A stretch of 64,000 bases of DNA from Acidobacteriota bacterium (GCA_021730945.1 JAKFYH010000035.1:7722-71721), one strand, 5' to 3'. Counted from the stretch's first letter, positions 9,599-19,287 are shown. A program made the numbers and translations. The notes: generated by a model not told the origin, from the letters alone.

Positions 9599-10893
9599 CA
9601 GTCCTCCAGAAGCGATCGCCGCAGCAGGTCGATCGCCCAGTTGGCCGACATCGCCTTCACCATTTCGCGCCCGCCCGGAAACCGGAACGTCCGTACGGTG
9701 GTGACCGCGCCGGCGACCGCGATGCACACGGTGCCCACCGGCTTGTCGGCGCTGCCGCCACCAGGGCCGGCGATGCCGGTGATGCCGATGCCCACGTCCA
9801 CACCCGACCGGTCGCGAATACCCTGGGCCATGGCGGCGGCCACCGGTTCACTGACCGCGCCGTGCGCTTCGATCAACGCTGCCGGCACACCCAGCAGTTC
9901 AACCTTGGCCTGGTTGCTGTAGGCCACGACACTGCGCTCGACATAATCGGAACTGCCGGGCACATCGGTCAGTCGAGAGGTGGCCAGTCCGCCGGTGCAC
10001 GATTCAGCCAGCGCGACCCGCCAGCCACGCGCGCGCAGCAGCTGACCGGCCACGGCCTCGAGGCCACTGCCGTCCGTGCTCACGACGTCGCGGCCCAGGG
10101 CCTCGGCCAGTTCGGCCACCGCGCGACCAAGTTGCACCGCCGCGCCCGGCGCATCGCTCGATTGCAGCACCAGGTGCAGTTCCACCTGGCCGAGGCCGGC
10201 CAGGATGGTGGTCTCGATCGGCGGCATCGCGGTCAGCCAGCGGGAGTAGATCGGCTGGACGATTTCTTCGACCAGCGACTCCCCTTTGCCGGACACCCGC
10301 ACCAGCCGGCGGAAGAGCCGTTGGGCGCCCACCAGCCCAGCGAGCCGCGGGCGGACATCGCCCTCCATCATCGGCTTCATCTCGCGGGGAGGGCCCGGAA
10401 GCAGCGCGATCACCGCGCCGTCGTGTTCGATCCAAAGCCCGGGAGCGGTGCCATGCGGATTGGCCAGCGCCACGGCGCCGTCCGGCACCATCGCCTGCCG
10501 GCGATTGACGGCCGGCATCTTCCACCCGCGCGAAGCGAACCGTCGTTCCATCGCTTCGACGATGGCGGGATCTTCGCGCAGGGCCAGGCCCAGGTGGCCG
10601 GCGACCACTTCGCGCGTGAGGTCGTCGTCGGTCGGGCCGAGGCCGCCGGTCAGAATCAGCACGCGGTGACGCTGCAGGGCGTGCGCCACGTGGGACGTGA
10701 GCTCGGCGCGGTGGTCGCCAACGATGGCCTTGAACGCGACGGCAATCCCGAGGTCGTTGAGGACTTCAGTCACGAACAACGAATTGGTATCGACCTTTTC
10801 CGGGGTGAGCAGCTCGCTGCCCACGGCGATGATGGCCGCGTCGAACGGGCGTGAGGTCAGACGATCAGCCACGACGGCAGCCACCACATGCAC
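9598..10893 (-). CDS. cinA: competence/damage-inducible protein CinA (MoCF-binding domain plus nicotinamide-nucleotide amidase PncC domain)
   Basis: N-terminus IIAVGSELLTPEKVDTNS and C-terminal domain LAESCTGGL...GIGITGIAGPGGG. Exact start uncertain (37-nt overlap with pgpA). Confidence 0.88.
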   Translation of the reverse strand: MHVVAAVVADRLTSRPFDAAIIAVGSELLTPEKVDTNSLFVTEVLNDLGIAVAFKAIVGDHRAELTSHVAHALQRHRVLILTGGLGPTDDDLTREVVAGHLGLALREDPAIVEAMERRFASRGWKMPAVNRRQAMVPDGAVALANPHGTAPGLWIEHDGAVIALLPGPPREMKPMMEGDVRPRLAGLVGAQRLFRRLVRVSGKGESLVEEIVQPIYSRWLTAMPPIETTILAGLGQVELHLVLQSSDAPGAAVQLGRAVAELAEALGRDVVSTDGSGLEAVAGQLLRARGWRVALAESCTGGLATSRLTDVPGSSDYVERSVVAYSNQAKVELLGVPAALIEAHGAVSEPVAAAMAQGIRDRSGVDVGIGITGIAGPGGGSADKPVGTVCIAVAGAVTTVRTFRFPGGREMVKAMSANWAIDLLRRSLLED

Positions 10894-11324
10894 AGGCGCA
10901 GCGCCAGGTGCGCATACAACCCGGCCACCGCATCGTCCATCATCACGCCGAGACCTCCCGGCAGGCGCTCCATGCGGTCGGCTGGAAACGGCTTGACGAC
11001 GTCGAACAGGCGAAACAGGACGAACCCGACGGCAATACCAGTCAGTGAGACCGGCAGCAGTGCGAGCGTGATGAGCATGCCCAGCACTTCATCGATAACG
11101 ATCGGACCCGGGTCTTTCCGTGCCAGCGCCCGCTCGGCGCCGTTGGCCGCCCAGATGCCGGCAGCCAGTACCACCCCGATCATTCCCAACTCGAAGGCCG
11201 GCATGCCGACCCAGCGGACCAACGCAAACAGGCCGAGCGCGGCCAGCGATCCCGCGGTCCCTGGCGCAATGGGAAAGAACCCAACGTATCCGAATGACGC
11301 GAGAAACAGGGCCAGTTGATTCAT
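10857..11324 (-). CDS. pgpA: phosphatidylglycerophosphatase A
   Basis: FGYVGFFPIAPGTAGSLAAL...IVIDEVLGM...FRLFDVVKPFP is a PgpA-type sequence. Start trimmed to MNQLAL (ATG 11324), an ATGA overlap with the upstream stop. Confidence 0.85.
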   Translation of the reverse strand: MNQLALFLASFGYVGFFPIAPGTAGSLAALGLFALVRWVGMPAFELGMIGVVLAAGIWAANGAERALARKDPGPIVIDEVLGMLITLALLPVSLTGIAVGFVLFRLFDVVKPFPADRMERLPGGLGVMMDDAVAGLYAHLALRLCMWWLPSWLIV

Positions 11325-12283
11325 TCGCTGACCACGCGGGTGCCGGCCAGCCGATCGTGGAGGGCACGGTGGTCGCTGGTGAACAGCGCCGGCACGTACG
11401 ACAGGCCCAGCGTTAACGGCACGAGCATGCAACCCGCGGCGCGGAGTACGCCGCCGGCCGCATCGATCGAGCGGCCATCATCGCCGATCACCCGCAACTT
11501 CAAGAGCATCTTGCCAATGGTCTGCCCACCGGCCACCGTGAAAGACGCGACGTATCCGAAGGCCAGCAAGGCCAGGAACGCGACAAACGGCACGGTCGGC
11601 AACACCCGCAGGTCCTCGATCGTGGTTTGCAGCCCCGCGATGCGCAAGGTCAGGAACAAGACCGCGCCATCAATCACCGCCAGCAGCGCGAGATCGATCA
11701 CACCAGCCCCTACGCGTGCACCCAGGGGCGGGGGTTGCATCAACGATGCGACCGTGTCGCTGGCCAGCGCGCTCGCCTCGCTGCTCTTCAGTGGCACACT
11801 GGCGGCAGGCTCGAATACCAGCGGCGCTTCAAGGCGAACCGGACGGGTGGTCCGTGGACGGTTGCGCGGAATCTCCGGCGTGGCCCGGCGGACCGCCAGG
11901 GGCGTGCGAGCCGCGCGCGGGGGCAGTAACGGCGACTCGTCGAACGGCAAGGCGGCGCCGGCGGCCGGCAACTCGACCTCAGTCGCGGCGTCGACTGCTT
12001 CGCTGGGAGTCTCGGCAGCCTCGGCGACGCTGACCGGGGCCGCCGCCGCCGGTGGCGGTTCGGGATCGCCGAACAGGCGATCGAGATCGAGCCCGCTGGC
12101 AGGCGCGCCATCCGTCGGACGCGAGATCGGAGGCATTTCGAAGTCGGCCATCACTCCGTTGCCCTCAGTTCGCAATGAGAGTTCGGGATCGCTGCTGGCG
12201 GGAGTCAGGGAGAAGTCGTACTGGCAATTGCGGCAGCGATCGGTGGTCTCAAAACCGAGGTAGCCGCACTTCGGGCACTTCAT
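11321..12283 (-). CDS. RDD-family membrane protein with N-terminal zinc-ribbon
   Basis: MKCPKCGYLGFETTDRCRNCQYDF (CxxC...CxxC) is followed by a Pro/Ala-rich linker and an RDD-type C-terminus (GARVGAGVIDLALL...GQTIGKMLLKLRV...HDRLAGTRVV). Start at ATG 12283 forms an ATGA overlap. Confidence 0.8.
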   Translation of the reverse strand: MKCPKCGYLGFETTDRCRNCQYDFSLTPASSDPELSLRTEGNGVMADFEMPPISRPTDGAPASGLDLDRLFGDPEPPPAAAAPVSVAEAAETPSEAVDAATEVELPAAGAALPFDESPLLPPRAARTPLAVRRATPEIPRNRPRTTRPVRLEAPLVFEPAASVPLKSSEASALASDTVASLMQPPPLGARVGAGVIDLALLAVIDGAVLFLTLRIAGLQTTIEDLRVLPTVPFVAFLALLAFGYVASFTVAGGQTIGKMLLKLRVIGDDGRSIDAAGGVLRAAGCMLVPLTLGLSYVPALFTSDHRALHDRLAGTRVVSE

Positions 12284-13131
12284 GGGCGGATTGGCGGCAA
12301 AGATCCGGCCACGGCAGGCGCGGCCGCGCCAACCGCGGTAGCCAGCAATTCGCGCTGGATGGCGCCGCGCAAGCGCTCGGCCTCGGGCCGGAGCGGGTCG
12401 CCCATCGGCAGGCGGTCGAGAATGCGAAGGGCGTCGCGCAGCTTGCCGGCGGCAAAGAGGGATCGGCCCTGTGTCAGGTAGGCTTCGGTCGGCGACGGCA
12501 CGGGCAGTGGTGCCGGCGTCACGGTCGCCGAGACGGGTGTGCTGGTCGTCGCCTGCACGGGAAACCAGTCGGCCCATCCATTTGGCGTCACCAGGACAAA
12601 CGACAGCGCCGAGACGATGACGACCGCGGCGGCTGTCGCCCACCACAGGGCATGACTGCCCCGTCGTTGGTCAGCACTGGGCTGGCGCATGGCCACCGAT
12701 TTTCTTCGCCCGGGTTCGCGGCTGTCCGGCACGTTCGGCACCGCCGAGCGCGTGCCGGCATCCAGGCGATCGATGCGGCCGATCACGCCCAAGGCCACAT
12801 CGTGCGAAGCGCCCTGGTCGAGCGCGTCGTTCAAGAGTGCGCGAGCGCGCACCACCTCGCCCCGATCAAATGCTTCGAGGCCTTGATGCACGAGCATCTC
12901 GGAAATCCGTTGTTGCTCGCCTTGGGCGCTGCGGGCGCGGTCGATGTAGGCACGGGCCCGATCGTGAGTCCGATCGAGGAACAGCACGCGCGTCCACAGA
13001 TTGATCGCGGCCTCGAACTCCCCGGCAAAGTAATGATCGAGCCCGGTCACCAGCAGATGCTCGATCCGCCCCTCGTCTTCGGGGGGAGTTGCCTCGGACC
13101 GGCGCGGGCCTGACGAGTGCGGGTCGGCCAT
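12280..13131 (-). CDS. single-pass membrane protein with TPR-like helical repeats on both sides
   Basis: Start chosen at MADPHSS (ATG 13131). Contains HYFAGEFEAAINLWTRVLFLD...RARAYIDRA, the TM helix WWATAAAVVIVSALSFVLV, then YLTQGRSLFAAGKLRDALRILDRL. No specific family recognised. Confidence 0.6.
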   Translation of the reverse strand: MADPHSSGPRRSEATPPEDEGRIEHLLVTGLDHYFAGEFEAAINLWTRVLFLDRTHDRARAYIDRARSAQGEQQRISEMLVHQGLEAFDRGEVVRARALLNDALDQGASHDVALGVIGRIDRLDAGTRSAVPNVPDSREPGRRKSVAMRQPSADQRRGSHALWWATAAAVVIVSALSFVLVTPNGWADWFPVQATTSTPVSATVTPAPLPVPSPTEAYLTQGRSLFAAGKLRDALRILDRLPMGDPLRPEAERLRGAIQRELLATAVGAAAPAVAGSLPPIRP

Positions 13132-13162
13132 AGGTAAGTGATGGTGATTATAGCACTTACCT
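13132..13162. promoter_or_regulatory. 9-bp perfect inverted repeat enclosing a perfect minus-strand TATAAT, immediately upstream of the 13131 start codon
   Basis: AGGTAAGTG (13132-13140) and CACTTACCT (13154-13162). The reverse complement of the 13-nt spacer reads CTATAATCACCAT. Confidence 0.5.
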
Positions 13163-13173
13163 TGTCGCAGCCG

Positions 13174-13231
13174 CCCCATGAGGGAGCGCCCGACAATCGC
13201 TGGCACCCCATGAAGGGGTGCCCTACAATCG
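13174..13231. repeat. 26-nt direct repeat (22/26 identical) in the divergent intergenic region; the second copy overlaps a perfect 8-bp hairpin
   Basis: CCCCATGAGGGAGCGCCCGACAATCG (13174-13199) versus CCCCATGAAGGGGTGCCCTACAATCG (13206-13231). GGCACCCC (13202-13209) and GGGGTGCC (13215-13222) are inverted. TACAAT at 13224-13229 is a possible -10 for ftcD. Confidence 0.6.
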
Positions 13232-13237
13232 AGGTTC

Positions 13238-14161
13238 ATGCCGATTATCGAGTGTGTCCCCAACATCAGTGAAGGCCGCCGTCCGGACGTCATCAATGGG
13301 CTTGCCGCCACGCTCAGGGCGGTACCCGGGCTGAGAGTGCTCGACGTCCAGTCCGACGCCACCCACAACCGCTCGGTCTTCACGCTCGCCGGCACCGCCG
13401 ACGGGCTCGCGGCCGGCGTTCCCAAGTTGTTTGAAGGCGCCATCGCGGCGATCGATTTGCGCACGCACCAGGGTGAGCATCCCCGGCTGGGTGCCGTCGA
13501 CGTGGTCCCGTTCATTCCGATCGAGGGGGTCACGATGGCGGAGTGTGTCGCACTTGCCAAGACCGTCGCTGCCGAGGTCGCCGCGCGGTTCGCGCTGCCA
13601 ATCTACTTATACGAAGATGCGGCGACCAGTCCCGCGCGCAAGAACCTGGAAGACATCCGGCGCGGGGAGTTCGAGGGACTGGCGGCCAAAATGGCGCAAC
13701 CGGCGTGGGCGCCGGATTTCGGGCCGGCCGCGCCGCACGCCACTGCAGGCGCCTCGGTCGTCGGCGCCCGCATGCCGCTCATTGCCTACAACATCAACCT
13801 GGCCACCGACCGGCTGGACGTGGCAAAGAAGATTGCCGCCGCCATCCGCATGAGCAGCGGCGGCCTGCGCTTCGTCAAGGCCATGGGCCTGCCCCTGGCC
13901 GACCGCGGCATCGTCCAGGTCTCGATGAACCTGACCAACTACGAGAAGACGCCGATGTATCGCGTGTTCGACCTGGTGAAGCGCGAGGCCGCCCGCTATG
14001 GTGTGCAGGTACTCGAGAGTGAAGTCGTCGGGCTGGTGCCATCGGCAGCGCTTACCCAGACGGCGGAGTACTTTCTGCAGCTTGAAGGGTTCTCCGCGGC
14101 CCAAGTCCTGGAGAACAAACTGAACCACGAAGCTCCGACCGACCCCAAGCAGCCAGCATAG
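13238..14161 (+). CDS. ftcD: glutamate formimidoyltransferase
   Basis: The N-terminus MPIIECVPNISEGRR and HNRSVFTLAG are characteristic of the FtcD formiminotransferase N/C subdomains. About 300 aa. Confidence 0.88.
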   Translation: MPIIECVPNISEGRRPDVINGLAATLRAVPGLRVLDVQSDATHNRSVFTLAGTADGLAAGVPKLFEGAIAAIDLRTHQGEHPRLGAVDVVPFIPIEGVTMAECVALAKTVAAEVAARFALPIYLYEDAATSPARKNLEDIRRGEFEGLAAKMAQPAWAPDFGPAAPHATAGASVVGARMPLIAYNINLATDRLDVAKKIAAAIRMSSGGLRFVKAMGLPLADRGIVQVSMNLTNYEKTPMYRVFDLVKREAARYGVQVLESEVVGLVPSAALTQTAEYFLQLEGFSAAQVLENKLNHEAPTDPKQPA

Positions 14162-14181
14162 CTTCGCGTCCGTCGTGGTTC

Positions 14182-15552
14182 CTACTTTTCGCTGCGAGGC
14201 GTCACACCAAAGCCGCGCAGCTTCTTGTAAAGGTTCGAGCGCTCGACGCCGAGCACCTCGGCCGTGCGCGACATGTTGCCTTGTTGCGCCGACAGGGTCT
14301 GGAGGATGTAGTCCTTTTCGAACTCGTCGCGGGCCTCGGACAGCGGCCGGGCCGGCCCCGATGGCGCCGCCGGGGCGTCGGGCACGCCGTCGCGGCCAAG
14401 GAAGCCGAGGTCCTGCGCGGTAATGGTCTCGCCCGACACCATGATCATCAGGCGCTCGATCACGTTGCGCAACTCACGAACATTTCCCGGCCAGCCGTAC
14501 TGCCGCATGCGCGACGCCGCTTCCGGAGCCAGGCGCTTGGGCCGGCGGCCATACTCGGTCGCCAGCAACGCCATGAAATGGTCGGCGAGCGGCGCGATGT
14601 CGTCCTGTCGATCGCGCAACGACGGCACGACAATCGGCACGACGTTCAGGCGGAAGTAGAGGTCCTCGCGAAAACGGCCGGCGCGGATCTCTTCGAGCAG
14701 ATCCTTGTTGGTCGCCGCCAGCACCCGCACGTCGACCTTGATCCGCTGTGTGCCACCCACCCGCTCCATCACCTGCTCCTGGAGCACCCGCAGCACCTTG
14801 GCCTGCGTCTTCAGGCTCATGTCGGCGATCTCGTCGAGGAAGATCGTGCCGGCGTTGGCCTGCTCAAAGCGGCCGGGCTTGTCGGCCACCGCGCCGGTGA
14901 ACGCGCCGCGCACGTGGCCGAACAGCTCCGATTCGATCAACTCCTCCGGAATCGCCGCGCAGTTGACCTCGATGAACGGCCCGCTCTTGCGCCGGCTCGA
15001 CTGGTGGATGGTGCGTGCCACCAGTTCCTTGCCGGTGCCGTTGTCCCCGAGAATGAGCACCCGGCCGTTGGTCGGCGCCGCCAGCGCCACCTGCTCGCGC
15101 AGCCGCAGCATGGGCGCGCTCTCCCCAACCATCGTGTACTGCTGCTGGCGGTCCACCTTGGCGCGCAGCACGCGGTTCTCGGCCTCCAGGTCGCGTTGGC
15201 GCAGCGCGTTGCGCACCACCAGCACCGTCTTCTCCAGCGACAGCGGTTTCTCGATGAAGTCGAACGCCCCCATCTTGATGGCGCGCACCGCCGACTCGAT
15301 GTTGCCGTGGCCGGAAATGATGACGACCTGGGAGTCGATCTGCCGCTCGCGCAGGCGTTGCAGCGTGGTCAGCCCGTCGAGGCCCGGCAGCCAGATGTCG
15401 AGCACGATGACGTCGAAGGCGTCGCTGTTGGCCCGTTCGAGGCATTCCTCGCCGGTCCCCACGGCGTCGACGTCGAAGCCCTCGTCCCGAAGGACGCCGC
15501 TAATCGACGAACGGACGCCCGGCTCATCGTCGACAACAAGGATGGACGGCAT
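14182..15552 (-). CDS. sigma54-dependent response regulator (NtrX/NtrC/AtoC-type)
   Basis: Receiver domain (ILVVDDEPGVR...VIVLDIWLPGLDG), AAA+ domain (GDNGTGKELVARTIH, GAFTGA, ELFGH) and a C-terminal Fis-type HTH (GNMSRTAEVLGVERSNLYKKL). Confidence 0.92.
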   Translation of the reverse strand: MPSILVVDDEPGVRSSISGVLRDEGFDVDAVGTGEECLERANSDAFDVIVLDIWLPGLDGLTTLQRLRERQIDSQVVIISGHGNIESAVRAIKMGAFDFIEKPLSLEKTVLVVRNALRQRDLEAENRVLRAKVDRQQQYTMVGESAPMLRLREQVALAAPTNGRVLILGDNGTGKELVARTIHQSSRRKSGPFIEVNCAAIPEELIESELFGHVRGAFTGAVADKPGRFEQANAGTIFLDEIADMSLKTQAKVLRVLQEQVMERVGGTQRIKVDVRVLAATNKDLLEEIRAGRFREDLYFRLNVVPIVVPSLRDRQDDIAPLADHFMALLATEYGRRPKRLAPEAASRMRQYGWPGNVRELRNVIERLMIMVSGETITAQDLGFLGRDGVPDAPAAPSGPARPLSEARDEFEKDYILQTLSAQQGNMSRTAEVLGVERSNLYKKLRGFGVTPRSEK

Positions 15553-17801
15553 CAGGCTGGTAACTCGATGATAAACCGGGTGCCCGTGGGGGCGTTATCG
15601 GCGACATCAATGCTGCCGCCATGCTCGGCGACGATGCGGCGCACGATGGCCAGGCCCAGTCCGCTGCCACGGCCCTTGGTCGAGTAGTACGGCAGGAACA
15701 ACTTGTCGCGCTCGGCAGCCGGGATGCCGGGACCGTTGTCGGCCACCACCACCCGCACCAGGCTGTGTGGCACGTCGCGCGCGGTCTCCACCACGATGGC
15801 ACCGCTGCGCCCCATGGCTTCAATCGCATTGTCGAGCAGGTTGATAATGACCCGCTTCATCTGTTCGGGGTCGACGCGCACCTGGGTAACCGCGGGGTCA
15901 TAGCGCCGCTCGAACGACACCGACCCGAACAGGCCATCGTAGAGGGCGAGGGTCGTGTTCAGCAGATCGTGCAGATCCGTCGGCACCGCCCGGGGAGCCG
16001 GCATGCGGGCGAATTGCGAAAACTCGTCGACCAGCCCCTTCAGCGACTCGACCTCGCCGATGATCGTCGCGGTGCACTCCTGCACCAGGTCCTGCAACGG
16101 CGGCGCCACGTCGGTCAGCTTGCGGCGCAAGCGCTCGGCGGACAGCTGAATCGGCGTCAGCGGATTCTTGATCTCGTGGGCGAGACGGCGGGCCACCTCG
16201 CGCCACGCGGCCACCTTCTGCGCCCGAATCAACGGCGTGACATCGTCGACCACCAGCACCGTGCCGTCGAAGCCGCCATCGGTGCCCGGCACGCGGGTCG
16301 CCGCCGCGACGACGTGGCGTTCACGGCCGTCGCGAACCAGCGCCACTTCCTGCGCGAACGAGTCCATGCGGGCCTTGGCGGCCTGGTCGAGGACGTCATT
16401 GATCACCGCCAGGTCGGGACGCGTAAACACGTCGACCGCCGCACCGCCGACCACGGTCGCGTCCACTTCAAGCAGCCGGACGGCCGCCGGATTGATGGTG
16501 CCGATGCGGCCCTGGCGGTCGATCGAGACGACGCCGGTGGCAATGCGCTCGAGGATGGCTTCGATGTAGCGGCGGCGGCCTTCGCCTTCTTCGTGCTTGC
16601 GCTGCAGGTCGATGCCTGCCCGCTCGAGGCGCCGCCGGCTCGACGCCACTTCGGCGGCCATCGCGTTGAACGCCTCAACCATCGATCCAAACTCATCCGA
16701 GCCTTCGTGCTCAATCCGGTAATCGTAGTGGCCGGCCCCGATCGCTTTCGCGGCGTCCGACAGCATCTGCACCGGCCGGGTGATGCGCTTGGCGAGGTAC
16801 AAACCCATCCAGGTCGAACCCACGAGGATCAGCAGGGTGACCATGACGAAGAACGATACGTAGACGCCGGCCAGCGGCTGTTTCAGCACCCGCAGCTGGG
16901 TATAGTCCTCGTAGGCCTTGGTCATGCGGCGCGATCGCTCGGCGCGCTCGCCCGACAGGTATTCGCTCACCACCACGGCGCCGGTGACCTGGCCGGCGGG
17001 ATTGCGAATCGCCTCGCCGACATGGAGCAGGTCGCCGCCGCTGGCCAGCTGTTCGACCACGCTCAGCGCCGGCTCGTCGCCGCCGGCGGCCCGGCCGGCC
17101 AGCCGGTCGGCCGACCCTCTCACCCATCCTTGCGGCATGGCCGGCGACGCGACGTCGACCAGGGACACGACCGACAGAGGCTGGCCGGCCTGGCGATCGG
17201 CACGGTAGACCTGCACGACCGCGACGCGCGGCCCGGTCACTTCCGGGATCACCAGGTTCTGCAGGCGCGTGACGTCGGTTGTGCTCAGGTCCACCCGGCT
17301 CAATTCGCGGGCGAGGCGCGATGCCTGTTCGGTGACCAGCCGCTGGCGTTCCTGGTAGTAGTCCGCCGCGATGCTGTTGGCGCCGGCCAGGATTTCTTCC
17401 ATCGGCGTGTTGAACCAGCGATCCACGGCGGTGAGCACCACGCGGCTGCCGACGATCAAGACGAGGACGGCGGGAATGACGGTCAGTCCGAGAAAAGCGA
17501 GCACCAGCTTGGCGCGGAAGCGGCCAAGCGGCAGGCCGCTGCGGCCATCGAAGACCGACTTGATGACATTGCGGGCGAGGACAAAACCGAGCGCCACCAG
17601 CATCGTGATGTTGGTGGCATAGAGCGCGTAGAGTACGACTTCGGTCAGGAAGTCTGGCGAGAGGGTCGACGTCCGGTCGGCCAGCCAGACAATGCCGCCG
17701 AGCGCACCCAGCAGGATCGCGATGCCGGCCAGGATCAGTGGCGGGTTGTCGCGGAACGGACGGCGTGACCGCGCCGGCACGCTGGGATTGGCGGGCGCCA
17801 T
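15552..17801 (-). CDS. sensor histidine kinase, NtrY-like (multi-TM, HAMP, PAS, HisKA, HATPase)
   Basis: N-terminal TM helices, H-box RRLAHEIKNPLTPI, N-box NLLDNAIEA and G-boxes DNGPGI / GSGLGLAIV. The stop overlaps the regulator start by 1 nt. Confidence 0.88.
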   Translation of the reverse strand: MAPANPSVPARSRRPFRDNPPLILAGIAILLGALGGIVWLADRTSTLSPDFLTEVVLYALYATNITMLVALGFVLARNVIKSVFDGRSGLPLGRFRAKLVLAFLGLTVIPAVLVLIVGSRVVLTAVDRWFNTPMEEILAGANSIAADYYQERQRLVTEQASRLARELSRVDLSTTDVTRLQNLVIPEVTGPRVAVVQVYRADRQAGQPLSVVSLVDVASPAMPQGWVRGSADRLAGRAAGGDEPALSVVEQLASGGDLLHVGEAIRNPAGQVTGAVVVSEYLSGERAERSRRMTKAYEDYTQLRVLKQPLAGVYVSFFVMVTLLILVGSTWMGLYLAKRITRPVQMLSDAAKAIGAGHYDYRIEHEGSDEFGSMVEAFNAMAAEVASSRRRLERAGIDLQRKHEEGEGRRRYIEAILERIATGVVSIDRQGRIGTINPAAVRLLEVDATVVGGAAVDVFTRPDLAVINDVLDQAAKARMDSFAQEVALVRDGRERHVVAAATRVPGTDGGFDGTVLVVDDVTPLIRAQKVAAWREVARRLAHEIKNPLTPIQLSAERLRRKLTDVAPPLQDLVQECTATIIGEVESLKGLVDEFSQFARMPAPRAVPTDLHDLLNTTLALYDGLFGSVSFERRYDPAVTQVRVDPEQMKRVIINLLDNAIEAMGRSGAIVVETARDVPHSLVRVVVADNGPGIPAAERDKLFLPYYSTKGRGSGLGLAIVRRIVAEHGGSIDVADNAPTGTRFIIELPA

Positions 17802-17806
17802 GGTCC

Positions 17807-18271
17807 CTATTCCTTGCTGCCTCGCAAGGCCCTGGCTTCCTGAACGAAATCGTCGACATCGCGGAAGTCCCGATAGACCGAGGCGAAGCGCACGTAGGCG
17901 ACCTGATCGAGCCGCTTCAACTCCTGCATGACCAGTGCGCCGAGATCCTTGCCGGCAATCTCGCGCTCGGGCTTCTCGATCAGGAGCTGCTCGGCCATGT
18001 CGGCGATTTCTTCGATGTCGGCGACCTTGACCGGCCGTTTCTCGCAGGCCTTGAGCAGCCCGCCAATCAGCTTCTGGCGTTCGAAGCGCTCGCGCGTGCC
18101 GTCCTTCTTGACGACCATGTAAGGAATCTCATCGATGCGCTCGTAACTGGTGAAGCGCTTCCGGCAGGTATCGTTCAGGCATTGCCGGCGGCGGCGAATG
18201 ACGTCGCCCTCCCGGCTCTCGCGCGAATCGACTACCTTGTCGCCCAGTTCGCCACAGAACGGACATTTCAC
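17807..18271 (-). CDS. nrdR: transcriptional repressor NrdR
   Basis: Zinc ribbon (V)KCPFCG...CLNDTCRKRF plus an ATP-cone. GTG start in a GTGA overlap with the upstream stop. Confidence 0.95.
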   Translation of the reverse strand: MKCPFCGELGDKVVDSRESREGDVIRRRRQCLNDTCRKRFTSYERIDEIPYMVVKKDGTRERFERQKLIGGLLKACEKRPVKVADIEEIADMAEQLLIEKPEREIAGKDLGALVMQELKRLDQVAYVRFASVYRDFRDVDDFVQEARALRGSKE

Positions 18272-19287
18272 TCGATGTCTCCTCTCGCCAGGCCGCCAAT
18301 CTTCAGCCCATCCTGGAGGATGAAGATCAGCCCCACGATGACGACCGGCACGACCGAGATCGCGTGCAGGACGATCGCCGCACCCACCGCCGTGTCGTTG
18401 TCGGCGCCAAAGAACGACGTCGCGCCCAGCCGGAACGCTTCATGAAAGCCGCCGACGCCGCCCGGCGTCGGCACCGCCACGCCGACCACCAGCGGCGCCA
18501 GCATCAACCAACCCCCGGTGACCGGCATATCGATGCCAAAGGCCACGGCCACCAGCCAGATGCCCATCGCCACCGTCATCCACAACACCAGCGACCAGGC
18601 GAGCGCAGCCATCAACCGGACCGGGCTGCGCACGACCGCGAACCCCTCGGCAAAGGTTCGCGCCAGCCGCGCCAGCAGTGCGGCAACCCGGCCGGGCAAG
18701 ACACCTTCCGCCTTCAGCACCCAGCCATGCAGACGCTCGGGGTGGCCCGCCATGACAAACATCAGCACCAGCGTGCCGACGGCCACCGGCATCATGACCA
18801 AGCCACCGTAGCGAATGGCACTGAACACCACCGAGTCTCTCGCCTCCATGCCTGGATCGAACCAGACCAAGAACGCGGCCAGCAACAACAGGACCGCCAC
18901 CAGGTCGAGAATGCGCTCGACGATGATCGTGGCGAAGGTCGCCGTCGCGCTGAGTCCTTCGCGCCGGGCCAGCAGGTAGGGACGAATCACCTCACCTGCA
19001 CGGGCCGGTAACACGGCCGACGCCGCAAACCCAATCACGGTCGTGCGCAGCACCACCATGAACCGCGTCGGCCCGAGCGGGGCCAGGAAATATTGCCAGC
19101 GCTCGGCGCGAATCAGGAACGTCAGGCAGGTCAACGCCAAGGAAGCCAGCAGGTAGTCGACCCGCGCGGCTCTTACGGAGGTGACGACCCGGTCCAGATC
19201 TGCGTTGCGCAGGAACAAGAACAAGAGCCCGGCCGCGAGGCCGAGGATAACCAATGTTCGAAGAACGATGCGCAAACCACCGTCCAT
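18268..19287 (-). CDS. UPF0104 / lysylphosphatidylglycerol-synthase-TM-region-like (flippase-like) membrane protein
   Basis: Polytopic membrane protein with RNADLDRVVTSVRAARVDYLLASLALTCLTFLIRAERWQYFL, typical of this family. Start trimmed to MDGGLRIV (19287). Confidence 0.7.
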   Translation of the reverse strand: MDGGLRIVLRTLVILGLAAGLLFLFLRNADLDRVVTSVRAARVDYLLASLALTCLTFLIRAERWQYFLAPLGPTRFMVVLRTTVIGFAASAVLPARAGEVIRPYLLARREGLSATATFATIIVERILDLVAVLLLLAAFLVWFDPGMEARDSVVFSAIRYGGLVMMPVAVGTLVLMFVMAGHPERLHGWVLKAEGVLPGRVAALLARLARTFAEGFAVVRSPVRLMAALAWSLVLWMTVAMGIWLVAVAFGIDMPVTGGWLMLAPLVVGVAVPTPGGVGGFHEAFRLGATSFFGADNDTAVGAAIVLHAISVVPVVIVGLIFILQDGLKIGGLARGDIE

